DNA of 63,345 nt, the filler included, from Choristocarpus tenellus KU-1152 (Eukaryota > Protista > Phaeophyceae): assembly GCA_964200185.2 (NCBI GenBank). It is 9 parts of 9 records of this genome, joined end to end, with 100 filler letters (N's around TTAATTAATTAA, not from the genome) between each part and the next. Parts side by side here need not be neighbours in the genome. Positions count along the whole stretch, not along the records: positions 1 to 16,119 come from CAXNAD020000872.1; 8 more parts are not named here. The stretch is one strand, 5' to 3'. Shown one piece after another: positions 1 through 13,760 of the stretch. The translations under genes and the position numbers were made by a program. The notes under the pieces were generated by a model. It saw nothing but the letters and a program-made list of their open reading frames with translations, was not told where the DNA came from and made no database searches. The number at the start of each line of letters is the position of its first letter. Position 1 is the first letter of the stretch.

Positions 1-157
1 GGGGGGGGGGGGCTAGCATGTAATTTAGCCCCGCCCCAGAAAGGCATACAACACATCACCATCATCGAGGACATCGGCATAGGATGTAAGAACTGCACCA
101 AATACTATGAATACAAAACATTCAAAAGATTTCATGAAAGTAGATCATACAAGGCAC

Positions 158-3100
158 CTTGACACTTCCAACAGTTGATCCGAGCCCTTGTGTGTCTTCT
201 GCAAGCCGGTGCATCCCCTCTTCACAGTGTGTCAAGCAATGGGTCGGAGTATTGCCAGGGCCAGGGTGCCCAAAGGTTGCCTGCATGAGAGGTGTGAGGT
301 GGCAAGGGGAGCAAGAAGATATCAAGAGTGTGCTGTACTAGAAAGGACAAGATGTGGCATAAAGTATCTATACCTGGGTCCCATATGCACCCCACATTGT
401 ATACATAGCACTGCTGGCACTCTCTTAAATATCTCACTGTTGCATTTGTAGAAGGGAATGATACACATAAATGCCAGAAAAAACAAAAAACGAAATGCCA
501 AAAAGAGATACATCACTGTACAATGTACTGCAAAATAAAACCCTTTCATAACTCCACTTTGACAGGTCCCAGCAGAATAGTAAAGGTATTGTTGTAAGCA
601 TCTTAGACAGCATCCAATCTATAGTGCTGTCTTAGATGCTGTGAACCATGCATGAGTGGTATGTAGTAAGGCACCAGACTACATTAGTGTTTTGACATTA
701 GTATGTTTTCACCTTTTTCAACTTTCTCAACTTCCAAGGCATTCCCAAGAAGGAACACTAAGCACTGTTATTGCAGCCCAAGAAACTTCAAAACACGACC
801 CCCTAATCAAGCGAATAAGTTAGCAAAAGAATAGCTACATGCAACTGTAGAGATACTGAAGAAATATACAAAAAACAGCAGTCTTGTCTTTTCTGTCATC
901 CTCCTGTGATCTGCATGTACATTAAACACAATCATATCTCCACTACTCTCACACCATTCTTCTCCTCAGCCTCAAAAATTCCGAAACACTCGAGAAGAGA
1001 CAGGCCCTTAATATATTCCATTTAATCTATTCCATATGGACCTTACCTTTGCAACACAGGTAGTCACATCACATTTCTTCTCAGTTGATTCAGTTGGCAC
1101 TGCAACAACAGGAGCAGCACTGGGAGAACCTGGTGCCTCTGCCTCCGGCTCAGTCACGCCTGCCTCCCCCGCATTGGTCGTTGGCACACTCTCCATTGGT
1201 GATGTTGTAGTCACTGCACCATCAAAAGTAGCTTCACCTGCAGCCCCCACTCCTGCCTCTGGTACAGCAGCATCATCCATGGGTGCCTCTGCAGAGTCTG
1301 AGGCAGCTGCAACTGCAGCCTTGGTGGCAATGGCAGCAGCAGCTACCACTGTGGCTGCCACAGATTCTGGGGCAGGGGGACGGCGGCGTTTTTTAGCAGG
1401 GCCTGACTCTGTCACTGTATTCCCTGCACGATCCAGGTCAATACCTGGAAGGCTTGCGGTGGCAGGTGCTAATCCTGGCCCAACCCCTGTTGAGACCCCT
1501 GGGCCACTTCCAATCCCCCCCCCAGGGGTCATAGGGGTCAAGCTGACAGGATTACCTAGGAATGATGCTTCTGTAGGGGTGGTTATGGTGGTGAGGGGCA
1601 GGGCAGTGGTGGTCTCGGGGACTGCCATGGTGGCTGAGGGCAACTCACTCGGGGCAGCAATTGACCCTGGAGCAGTGGCAGTTACAGAAGAGGCTACAAG
1701 TGATTCCTCAGGAATGGTCATGCCAGAGGAGCTAAAAGCTAGGGCAAAGTCTGCAGCAGTAACAGGCCCTGAAGAGAGGTCTGTCCCTGGCATGGGCACA
1801 GGGAGAGGGAGGACTGGGAGGCTTGTCGCAGGAGCCAGGGGGGGAGCACTGCACATAGAAGGAAAGGAGGAGAGGGAGCATAGTGGTGCATTAGACATTG
1901 TATATGTGCAAAATGATGTTCATGTGGTATGCTGGCAACACCCATTAACAGTCGAAGGCAAAATCCAGGGACTTGGTGGTCACGGTTTGCATATTTAGGA
2001 TGAGGCAAGTATTAGGTGTAAACAACAGTACATGCTATATACAAAGCAAAAAATAATAATAAAAGTTGTACAAGTCAGAGAGTGCACTCTAAACACATCT
2101 CAACCTCTACTTAATAAAAAAACCCCAACAGATCACAATGCACATCTCCATCCACATACATAAAATCCTTGCTTGAATTCAGGTTCACAAAGACATCTGA
2201 TTTGTGAACCTATCACCCTCGACACACACCACACAACTACCAAACAGTCCTATATATGTTGAAGAAAGTCACCTCTGCACTGCTGCTTGAGCAGCAAGCT
2301 TTACAGCCGCTGCTGCAATTGCTGCTGCAGCATCCTCTGATGCCTTACAAGAGCATCACAAGTTGAGGGGCAGAAAGAGCACATGGCAAGATACAGAAAT
2401 GATGTGTGGGTACAGTTGCATCCAATGGACAGTATTGCAAGAGAAAAGGGGGGTGACTAGCAGGAGGGGAAATGCCTTATCAAGGGACGCACATGCCAAA
2501 AATAAGCCAGAACCATAAAAAATGGAACTAATCTTAGATTACTTCACTTCAGGCATCACAATGAAAAACACCATGCATCACCTAACAATTCCCTATAGCA
2601 AACTATCAGAGCATAGAATGAATGATGTTCATGGTACTTCACTCCACCTTGGGAAGAAAAAAATAGCTGTAGCGGTGCAAGTACACAGTCACTGAACACA
2701 ATCAACACTCACATTGAACACATCAATCTTTTTCAGAGGCAGGGGTGTCACTTTTGCAGAACCAGCATCCCTCTCCTGGGCAAGCCGGCTAGCTTCTCTG
2801 GCTGTTGTAGCAGCCGCCCTGCGAGCCTCAGGACTCCAGTGCAGCACATTGGGACTTTGTGGGGGAATTACCTTCATAGACCAAAATATAGGCAGCAGTA
2901 GCAGCAGCAAGTGGCAGAGGGTGAGTGGGAGATGGGAATTGGGTTAAAACATAAGTGCACGTTGATTGTTGAACAAGGGGAATGTTGATAATGATCTTTT
3001 GTTTGTGAAATCACACTCGAGATACCATCTTGATGTGGCACTAAGGAGACAGGTCAGAAAAAAAATGGAGTTGTACAGACTAGAACAAAATTACATCACA

Positions 3101-6100
3101 GCAATGACACAATGGGGTGCAGCAGACATGCAAAGGTAAGAATAGCCTCTCCTTCAGTATGATGTTGTAACTGTTTTAGACACCCCCCCTACACTAGCCT
3201 GGTTGGCCCAGAAAGCTCTGCATAATCTACACCCATGTTCTTTGTGTACATGCAATACCAACGCAGGCCTACAGTTCAGTCAGCTAGCTAGCCTCCACGG
3301 AAGGTTATTGATACTTTGTTGACCAAGAAAGGTAAACGGCACTCTGTTTGACTACCCCCAAAAGCACGATGCATCTGTTGGTAGAGATGATAGGCATCAA
3401 AGGCACGCTTTGCTTCACAATGAAAACTTCTCTAATGGAACTGCCATTACTGCCAAGGTCACCGACTGAGATGTGCAAAATACAAATTTTAAATCCTCCC
3501 ATCAAAAACTACAAAGTGCCACATTGGAACATGGACTGCCCTTTGCAGCTAGCTACTCCCAAATAACATCACCAACACAAAATTGAAAACAAACAGCTGG
3601 CACAATGCTTGCTCATGAAACAAAGTAGTAGCACCCACTATAAAAAATACAGTCACAAATCTCATGCAAGAGCCTAAAGGCTAGACCAACTTCCAAGGAC
3701 TTGAAACCAAACCACTGGTGAGCTCCCAAGCCAACCAGTCTGTGAGGAGGGTGCACAGACAGGTCAGCCTCATGGCAAACCTAGTGGTAGGCTGTGGTGT
3801 CCTCACAGGTCAGCCTAGAATTTGGGCTCTGGCTCATGCCTCATAATTGAGGCCAAGTCAACTAACTCCCAAGGAGTTGAAACTTAACCACTGGATTCAC
3901 AACCAAGCTCACACATCTGAGGGAGGTACACAGACAGATCAGTCTGGTAGCAAGCCCAATAGAAACCATTGGTGTCCTTGTGTTTGGATCAAGCATTTGG
4001 GCCCTGACTTGTGTATGGATGTGGGCATCCTAATAGTACTCTTTCTAATAATCTCTGGACTTTTTAGATTTGAAATAATGAACCTATTCTTACATATATG
4101 CAATGAGAATGTCAAGAGGCATGCATGCAAGGAAAAGATTTTATATTTACTACCTATGCATTTGATGGTGTTTTCATAATTTTTTTAATAGTCTGAAATA
4201 GAAATAAAAAATAACAATCAAGTTGCGTTGAAATAGAAAGCAACCTACTTGTGTATGATAGGTTAGTATTTAGTATTTTTAATAGTATCAGATACAAGAT
4301 AAAACATACAAGTGGATTCAATGGTGAATGGGGAGTCATGGCCAAGACGTGGCTGGCCCAAGTGTCAAAAAGTATTACCTGGCCAGCCATAGACAAAATA
4401 TTCTAATATGATAGGTTACAAGCCAGACTGCGACAAAATGGCCAATGGTAGACATAATAACTGCCTGGCCCAGTGAAATGCCCTGGATAAACAAGTTCTA
4501 GGGCACTGACATAATCAAATCAGAGTGGGTGCAGCCAGGTCATGACTGGTTGCAGTGACAGGAGAGCAAGAACCACCTACAGTGTGGGCGTCCTATATAT
4601 ACTGTAACATACAACATAGGAGCCGCCACGATCACCCCTACAACACACCAAGTTGGTCAACAGTGTCCAACAGAGACAACAAGGGAATGTCAGGGAAACA
4701 CAACAAAACAAGAGCAGAAACTTTGCTGCTGCCTCAAGGTCAGAGAACACCGACCCCATCTGAAAGAGGATGTATGTGCACCTTCATGCCTGTGGCCATA
4801 TGGTTCACGCAGAAGGAGGGCTGCTCTCCATCGTACCCATGTGTAGGGACTTCTTGACAGTCCTGCATCTGTTGATCAACACAATGGCAAGCATTTGAGG
4901 TATGGGTTGAAGTGTTAGGGGATATCAGCATGTAGGAGTGAGGAGAAGGCTCAGGAGGTAAGGAGACATCATTTTAAGAAAATGAATGCATCGACTGTTG
5001 TGTGAAGCACCTGGAAACTACATCATGCACCTATATAACTGGGGTTGGCCCAGCAATCCCAGCCAGTTCTTAGCTAATCTGTTAAACACAAGACATGTTG
5101 CATATCATGGTGGAAAATTTTGAAACAAAAAAGTAGACAATTACCCACGAGTGATTTCCAACACTACCCCCATACTGTGACCTAATCCAGTCTTATTTTA
5201 TTACTCATAAAACATACAACTCAGAAGGATTTCTATCTTCAAAATGCACCAAACACTGAACTCAACAGAGAAGGGCAGGGCCTACACCAGCATCAGCACG
5301 GCACCTTGCACTTGGGGTTGAGGACATCCACCATTCCATCCAATTTGTGCTTGGCACAGAAGACAGCAGGCTCATTAGCAAAGGCAAATCGACAGGCACG
5401 GTTACAGATCATGCTCTTGCCCGCAGACGCTGCTGAAGCAACAGTTTCCCCCACCCCTGGCCCCTTGTACTTGCAGCGGAATGCCCGGGTCTGGACAAGG
5501 ATGAAAGCAGCAGCAATGCCGAAAAGTTGAACATAATTCCATTATTTACAGCAGTAACTCAACTTTATACTAGTAAAACACTGTTGTAGTCCACCTTATT
5601 TTTTCAACAATCATTTGGGGGCACAAAGGCAGTACTTGCATGCATCAATATGAGGAGTCATCACATAATCACACAGATCAAGCAAAACCGAGGGCTATTA
5701 TATAAAAATTGTCACTAGCCCTAACCCTCCACACTCAATCATATCAGCATGATTCTGTGACAGTGCCCTGGTCCACAATCACACGCCACAGACTCCCATG
5801 GACAAAAACCTAACATCCCTTCCCCCCAACATATCAGCACACACACCTTGAGGTTGACCATCCCTTCCAACTTGTGCTCTGAGCAAAAGCGCGCCTTGGT
5901 TCCCAGCATACCACAGCAGGGCTGTTTCTTGCATCCAGGACCCTCACACCTCGGGCTCTTGACATCCACCATCTCAGGTGTTTTGTGTTGCCGGCAGCGG
6001 CGACGAACCCTGTCTGTGTCAAACCCATAGCTACCAAGCAGGATGCATGGGCAGAGCATGGAGGTGCGTGACTTTGATGAGTTTTTGACACTTCCAACTT

Positions 6101-8544
6101 TGGAGTTGACATCCATGCATATGAAAGTACAATGAGACTGGCTTTTTCTCCAGCACTTTTTCTACTTTCCCTCCTCAGAACATACAATACACATAGCATT
6201 TCCCTCATTGGATATTAGGTGACAGCATCGTGCAAGTAGGTATCAAATTTACAGAAAAAGGACATGAGGTGAGCTCTTACACATGTGTGTCAATGAGGAG
6301 ATCTGGGGGTGGGGCAGCATTTGAGACTGCACTCCAAGGTCTGGTGCTGCCATGTCAGAACTATTACCCACACCTTGGGTGCTTGAGGCAATTAGGCTCT
6401 TGGCAGCGGGAGGTCTTCACATCAAAGCTTCCCACTGGCCGGTGGTCAGGGCACCACATGGGGCGGCCAGTCTGCTCCTTGGCATTCCCATAGATTGGTT
6501 GGCGGTCACACCCAACCTGGGCACAGTGACGGTCCAGCACATCAACCATGGACTCCAACCGATGCTTTGAGCAATACCTTGTTTTGGTTTGGGGAACTCA
6601 TGTTACTTATAGGGCCATAGACACTTGCAGTTTACAGAGGGGGATGTAATACTCCAGTACCTCTATGTTGATGGAGATGGCTCACAGAGAGACAGTAGGG
6701 CATGTAAGATAAGAACTAAGGAAACAGTTGTGGGTCAGTTGAAGTACGACACGCAAAGCTCCACTCAAAGCAGAAAAAACGAGCAGGGACCACAGAGTAT
6801 AAATAGCGCATTATCAAAGTCAGCAAGAGGTTGAACTTGAAATTACTGGTGAGCAATCATTGCATAGCACTGGTGGTCAGCATTTCATTGGTGTTCATTG
6901 GTATAGTGGAATGTGGAAGTCTCTGGATTGATTGTACTGAAAAGGTTAAAATAGAGGCACAGAGTGGGGGTTTAATCCAATTGCGCACCACATCTTGTTA
7001 AGATCTTCCTTACACTACCTGGCCTTCCTCTGCCCAGAATAGTTGAAACTTGGCTGTGTCATGCAGCCCTCTGCCTCACACTTCTTGACAGTGAGATTGA
7101 TCATGCCTGCCTCCTTGTGCTTCGCGCAGAATCGGGGACGGGTTCCAGGTGTTCCATAGCTGGCATATGTCTACAAAATGTTCAGTGGGCAGTGGGGAAG
7201 TCAGATCCACCAAAAGGGAATAGTCATTGTTGTGGTTGGATGACTTCGTAGGGATTGATGGAGATACTGCAATGAGGGTGTGAGAACTTTCCATGTACTC
7301 TCCACAATAGGTTTGCCAGTCACAGTTATTATTTGTCCCTGAAGAAAGAGAACAATGCACTGTAAACTCTGTGATTGTGTTTCATTGTGTGCACAAGGTT
7401 AGCGAGCTAACCACTGACACTTGTATCGTTTTCTTCATGTCAGGCTATGTCCATATTGAATCTGCAAAATAGTGTTGTCAATAGATATGAAAGGGCTAAT
7501 CCCACTGTGGATCATGACCTACATTTTTCGTCATGATATTTGGGTGCTGGGCACACGTCTCTCCTTCAGAGGTGCTGTGATGGAGATATAACTACAATAC
7601 TGCTCAATACTTAAAGATGCTGTCAAGATCTATATCGCGGAATGCTCCGTAAGTGATTACTTGTAGAGCTACACCTGTCATTCCAGTCAAACCATACCTC
7701 CAAACGTACGGCTAACTACTTATTTCTCAATATTTTGATTATCCCAAATTTCTTTACTGATGGAGGACTACCTTCTATCATGGTCGGATTGGTGTAGATC
7801 ACGGGGGTTTGAAGAGTTGGAGGTTGTAAGAGGAGGCCCATTCAGAGGGCAGAGATAACCCAAGACGACAGCACCTAACTCACCTCGCAAGTCTCATGGT
7901 AACACCGGCGACCTATGAGGTTGACCATACCCGTTGATTTGTGAGTACCACAGTAGTCAGGCGTGCGACCAGGCTCGCCACAGCTGGCGTACTTGAGACA
8001 TCCTTCGTGCTGCACATGGGTTGGTAGGTGCAGTCGCGATGAAGATAGTTGCATGGAGGGGTGCAAGGAATTGAGCAGAAGGCGTTACTCAAATAGAAAT
8101 AATTTCAGTCAAGGTCAGAAACTGCCACTTCTTGTGCCCCGATTGAAGTTCACCTTACAGCGGCGGCTACGTAGGTTATGCATTCCTTCGGCCCTGTGCA
8201 TGGCGCAGAATCGTGGTGCTTCACCATCATAGCCGTAATGGGGGCGAATCTCGCAATTTTCCACCTCACATCTGAGAAGAGCACAAAATGGCAGGCGGAG
8301 GAGATATGGTGTCCTTAAACTTGAGTGTGAATACTTGCGAACCTACACGGACTAACGGTCACAGTAACGCAGAGAAGAGTTACCCCTAGCACAAGAAGGG
8401 TGACATATCCTACATGACGAACCTCTTGTTGCGGACATCTACATGATTCTCAAGCTTGTGAAGAAAACAGAACTTCGGCTTGTCGCCCTCCAAGGCATAG
8501 TATGGTTGCTTTTTGCAATTCTCCCCTCCGCAAATCCAGGGCAT
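158..8544 (-). CDS. EsV-1-7 cysteine-rich repeat protein (>=11 repeats), multi-exon, 3'-truncated at the window start
   Basis: Exons 8544-8423, 8271-8154, 8009-7884, 7170-7019, 6577-6374, 6030-5847, 5490-5305, 4868-4782, 2871-2713, 2343-2273, 1848-1047 and 280-158 all have GT-AG boundaries and consistent phases. They splice to tandem CxxxxC-xxP-xY/F-xxxG-xxP-xF/Y-CxxH-xxxGMVxx repeats (e.g. CGGENCKKQPYYALEGDKPKFCFLHKLENHVDV; CEGPGCKKQPCCGMLGTKARFCSEHKLEGMVNL). An Ala/Pro/Thr-rich linker with KKRRRPP and one further repeat follow. Confidence 0.9.
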
Positions 8545-8968
8545 GGTCTCCGCCAAGTATTCCCGCACAGGTATGTATAACCGGTTGATTCGAATGTTTT
8601 GACCGTCCCAGGGTTGGTAGAGGACAGCCTCACAACAACTAGACACGTCTGAGAGATGAAGAAAGTAACACTTAAATTTTTGAACACGGGCGACGCCGGT
8701 TGCTCGTGGGTGAGGTTTTCAACGCCTCCACCTTGGCTGAATGCGCAAACGCCGCAGTCCCTCTTTCCAAAAACTGATAGATAAATAAATATATATTTTT
8801 CATTAATATTTATATTTTCTTCTAACACGCCTTCTAGAGAATTCCACCCCTAACCCTGAATCTCTTTTTAAATTGGAAATGGACCCATCAGTACCACACT
8901 TGTGGATGAAGTCCCGCACCTTTCAAGGACACCTCCCTGAGAAATACAAGCTCGACTAGGGTTGCAAC
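8545..8968. promoter_or_regulatory. Short bidirectional promoter / 5'UTR region between the EsV-1-7 gene and the COA7-like gene
   Basis: Divergent ATGs at 8544(-) and 8969(+), 424 bp apart. AT-rich core around 8775-8825 with CpG-rich flanks. Confidence 0.6.
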
Positions 8969-10917
8969 ATGCCGCTGGAGGAGGTAGACGAGGAATATGA
9001 GAACCGGTGAGACCTGACCAAAGGTTTCCTGCTTTAGATTGGTTCTTACTGGGGTTTGAATAATCCTTGCCTCCTCCCTGGTTCCTGTCCAACTTCCTTG
9101 TTTCGTCGTTTCACTTCATTCAGCATGCTTCAGTTTGAGATGGACTGCAATGAAGGGAAGGGTAATGTCGTGGCGTGCCACCAGGTGGGGGAGTTTTTGT
9201 CAGTGGTGAAAAATGAAAAGGATAAGGCGGCAGCATTCTTTGATCGAAACTGTGCTGCTGGCTATGCCCCCTCGTGCTTCAATTACGGTCGGGCACAGCG
9301 TGAGTGAGTGGTGTAGTATGGATTTTGGCTTGATGTCCTTGCGAAACAAATTTGCTGTGAGCCTGACCTCAAGGTGTGGTTCCCAATGACAACTTGTATT
9401 GGGGTTGAGTCTGTGCAATGCCTTATGATACTCCTTTTTGCTACTTCTACCTTCAAAATATTCCCAGTGACTGGAAAGGGGGCGCTACAGTCAGACTCGG
9501 AGGCTCTCAAATCGTTTGGTGAGTGCTCCTTCGAGATCTGCACATGGCAGATTCTATTTTTCAGTTGTCCGTGTTTCACCTCAAGTGACATGACCTCATG
9601 CTGAGTTTGTGTCCTGGTCTGCCATCAACTCCTGTACCTTTCAGAAAGAGCCTGCGAAGGGGACCACAGGCCTGCCTGCTACCACCTGGGTTACATGTTG
9701 CTGTATGGTGCGGAGGGAGTCGACAGGGTGAGGCAGGGGAGCCTATTGCGGTTCTCTCTTCGATGGGATCTGATATAGTGATATGGTAGGAGTTTTGTAT
9801 TGATCCCAAGCAACAAAAAAAGTCACATTCGTTGCTCAGACATCTTTTTGCATATATTGGCCAGGTATCTGTTGAAGTACTCTGTATACTCCAATACACC
9901 ATCCCTGATGCCAGTTCCCTACCACTTTGACATCTTAGGATAGTGAAAAGGCTTTTGATTCCCTTCAGAAGTCGTGTGATGGGGGCCTCTCAGATGGTTG
10001 CTATTTGAAGGCAACCCAGCTGTTAAGGAAGGATGGGAAGGGTCCAGTGCCCCGAGATCCAATTCAGGCAAGGGAACTGTTGGAGAAATCGTGTGACTTT
10101 CACCACGGCCCCTCATGTTTCAACCTTGCAGTGATGTACAAACACGGAGATATTGGAGTCCCAAGGTGAGCTATACCCGCACATAATCCCAAATCCAGGG
10201 CTTGATACAGACTTCGTTCTAGCCTGATGTGGCTTGAGTCCATTTTTTTTCTGTAAATGGGCTTTTGTGAGGCACTGCAGGACAATCTATGGTCAAACGT
10301 TTTGGAGATGGGTTATGCATATCTAACAGGTTGAGGATAGACAAGGTCTGTCCCAATGATGCATGAAGTTGTCCAGTTTATGAGCGATTGCTTTGTCAAC
10401 ATATAGGGGTGTTGCATACTTCAAAGTTCTAACCATAGCTCAATTTTCAGATTCTCAGTCATGGTGTGGTGTGATCTGAACTTTGAAGCCTCAATAAGAA
10501 TTTGTTGCTTCTAGTGGTGTCCTCTCTGTCTGTCTGCAATCCAAGTGGCAATGTTTTGGGGATCTTCCAAAAAGAAGTTTGACACCTTGTTAATATGGTA
10601 GGTGGTGGTGATAAAGGTTGGTTTTTCTACACAGTGGATACCTCTGTGCTCTTGTCTTACTGCTGCTTGAGTAATGAACCTTACTGGCTCAGGGAGTTTT
10701 GTGTTGTATGTTGACAGCAAATTTGAGGCTTGTTCCTTGTCCTAATGGTCACCTCACAAACCCTGAACACCCACACATGCACCTCCCCACAACCACACAC
10801 ACACACACACAAACCTACGATATTTCCAGAGATGAAGACAAGTTTGACGTTTACAAAAAGAGGACGGAGGAGCTGGTGGATCAAATGGGGGGATTGAGTG
10901 GGACTAAAGCTGCATGA
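8969..10917 (+). CDS. COA7: Sel1-like repeat protein, cytochrome c oxidase assembly factor 7 (COA7/SELRC1)-like
   Basis: Exons 8969-9006, 9124-9299, 9468-9518, 9645-9727, 9939-10165 and 10830-10917 are phase-consistent: MPLEEVDEEYENRMLQFEMDCNEGKG...ACHQVGEFL...RNCAAGYAPSCFNYG...LTGKGALQSD...ERACEGDHRPACYHLG...KSCDFHHGPSCFNLAVMYKHGDIGVPRDEDK...TKAA*. The paired-Cys Sel1 repeats and overall layout match COA7 as I recall it. Confidence 0.85.
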
Positions 10918-13159
10918 TGATGCAGGTGGCAATCCTTGAGCTCTTTTCCCTTATCTAAGGCCGTAGCAGTAGTACTATAGCACTACAATTGTCTTGATTG
11001 CAAGCTCAGCTGAGCTAAGATTTCTGATGTATGCTCCCCTTAACTATTAGAGAGGCATAGTGGGATGCCAGTGCAAACAGTCTTTTCAGATCAATGCCAC
11101 TTTGCTCTTGTTTGTTTGTTCATGAGAGAGATACAACAATGGATAAGTGAATCCTCTGACTTTACAGATCACAGCAGTGCATGTCAATTGCCACCATTCA
11201 CAGCAAAGACTGGATTAGTCTCACTGGCCCGATGGTTGTATTGTATGTGCAATGACCAAATGTACAAGGTGTGGTCAAGTGAGTGGTACCATCGAGTATC
11301 TGCAATGACCTTGGCTCTTGTTCCCATATGATAACCGCTGTAAACACGTGCAGTAATTACATTATTTGGGTACTGAATTTAATGACATAGTGCTTTCAAA
11401 GTATCACCTTCTGAAATTTAGACATGTCACCTATTGGAAGAACACATGAAGTGAACACCTGGTTGTTAGGATATGTAGAATCTGTGGAGATTCAGTGATA
11501 GATAGGAGTTATCATGCTACTATTGTTGCAGGGTGTTTTTATTTCAGGCTGGCACTACTGCACTTTTAAATTGGACATGGTGGATCACATCATTTGGTTT
11601 GAAAGTTTTTAATTGGATTGCTTGAATGGAATGTAGATGTGGTAAGGATCGCTGGTACATGGGAGAACACAGGCAGCTGGCATTCAGGGGAGATGTAGTT
11701 TGGACAAAATGCTGTCCACAGAGATAGTTATGTTGAGGTGGGGGTGCAGAATAGTACCACCTTGAAGCATGGGAATGCATGGAATGTGCTCAAAGAGAGA
11801 CAAAGTTGAGACGAGTACGCATTTGAAAAGAGGAGAATTAGTTCCATTGCCTCGCTTTTGTTTATGTGCTGGAGGAATAACTTGTTTGGTAGCACATATT
11901 TTTCAACGCCGTGCTTGAGGATTAAGAGTGATGGTACAAGCAGTCACATGCAGTGTGTACCATAGGGATGAAATGATGTATGCATGTATTTACGGTTGAA
12001 GTGAACAACTCCTCAATCCCCTACCTGTCAAGTTAGTGTTTGGAAATGCTGTGGAGCTCTTACTTTCCTGAGTACATTTTCCTGGTGTACATCTGGTTAT
12101 GTACGCACCTGGCAACATAAAGACAGATTTCAATTGTACTGGGGAAGTCCAGTTTTACTACTCTCTTGTACAGTGTAGGGGTGTAAACCTGGAAAGTTGT
12201 GGACCCTTAGGGATATGAAGGAAGCACATAGTATTGGATGATGATCACGTATGTATGAGACAGAGGTTATGGCTTGATTCTCTCAGCCTGCTTGGTCGAA
12301 TGTAGTTGTTACCAATGGTTTCGTATCCGCCCTTTTAACATGAAGGACTTGCAACCATGGTGCTCAAGGAAAGGTTACACCTCAATATAAGACAGTGCTG
12401 CCCTACAGCCTGAATCTGTGATAGAGAATAGTGTTAAAATACTTTTATATGCAGCAACTCCCGCAACGACTTAACTTGTTGTCAATCCTATTTTTGTTAT
12501 TTTATTTTACTTGCAATGTTTTTGTTTCCTCTTTGCATGTTCGGCATTGTCTTGGACAACATAGCAATGTGTTCCTGAACATGCTGATAATGTTATAGTT
12601 CAAACTTCCTTTGTTCAGTTTAAACTTTTATGTGAACAGTTTATTGTGGGGTACCCAAAAAAAATGAAGTTCTAGTACCCTAGTGTCTCAGAGAAGTCCG
12701 ACTAACCTGACCTATTCTATGCTACCCAGTTCAAAGCTGAAAGAATTGCCTTCCTGATGTGACATTATATTTTCCCACCCTGCAAATTGTTCGAGTTGGT
12801 GCTGAACAGAGGAAATACTAATAATATATTATTTACACCATTGAGAACATGCTTTTAGTCAGTAGGTGCAACAATTTGCCTTGGACGGTATCTGACTCTG
12901 AAAAACTGTAGCAACGGTGGCAACAAAATATATGAGCACGTTTTAGAACGCCATAATGATGTAAACACTGCCAACAAAAGTTAACCAAACAATAGAGGGA
13001 TGAAGTCAGTAAGTATTTGTATTATATATATTGTTACACCCTCTGACATTTGCAGAGATGTCGAGGGAAAAGTCAATTCAAGATCATAACCCCTGTTAAA
13101 TAAAAGTTGTCATCAATGTGAAAGATATTCTTCTATAATCTAGTTACTATTTGACTACC

Positions 13160-13760
13160 GGCTATGCTACACCACTTCCTTGCTATTCCTCCAACTTAAC
13201 TTAGCCCCTACACCACAGGGCGAGAAGGTAGGGAAGCATCCAACAACCTGACAGGCCCCTCCTTGCCCATCTCCCTGCTGCCTCCAGCTTAATATGCATG
13301 ACATCTCTTGAGAGAGCTACTTGTGTTGTGACAAACACTATCTGTCGTAAACGGGATTTGACGGCTCCTTTCCTGTTGTAGCCTGCCGTCCCTCTCCCCC
13401 CCCTAACGCATGCATAGCCAACTTATCCAGAAACCTTCCTGGTTCCACACTGCGGTGCCCAAAACTTTCCAATGCAAAAGTGTTGAGCTTGTAACTTCAA
13501 GGGTTGAAAGAACTCTAGAAGTGGGTGCGCTTTCACACATCCACTGCAGCATCAACTACACCATTGCTGGTGAGTGAGTGGGGTAGATAGTAGGCTGCTT
13601 TTACTTTTTGAAATGTAATATCTAGGAGGAAGCCTTCATTCTGGTAGGGAGATGGTCTGGTGTCCTCAAGTGCCCCAGCATCGAAGACTACATCCATGCG
13701 GAAATTCCTGTCCAAGTATATTATCCCCTCGGATATTTTGAGACAATGTTGCCATGTATG
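13160..13760 (-). mobile_element. Decayed 3' end of a CRE-like (RLE-type) non-LTR retrotransposon
   Basis: RMDVVFDAGALEDTRPSPYQNEGFLLDITF...LPHSLTSNGVV aligns by eye with the endonuclease region at 31560-31990(+). The 3'UTR matches 28690-28810. Confidence 0.7.

Noticed and set aside
1036-1998. 320-aa plus-strand ORF
   Set aside because: Antisense shadow of the GC-rich low-complexity exon 1848-1047 of the EsV-1-7 gene.
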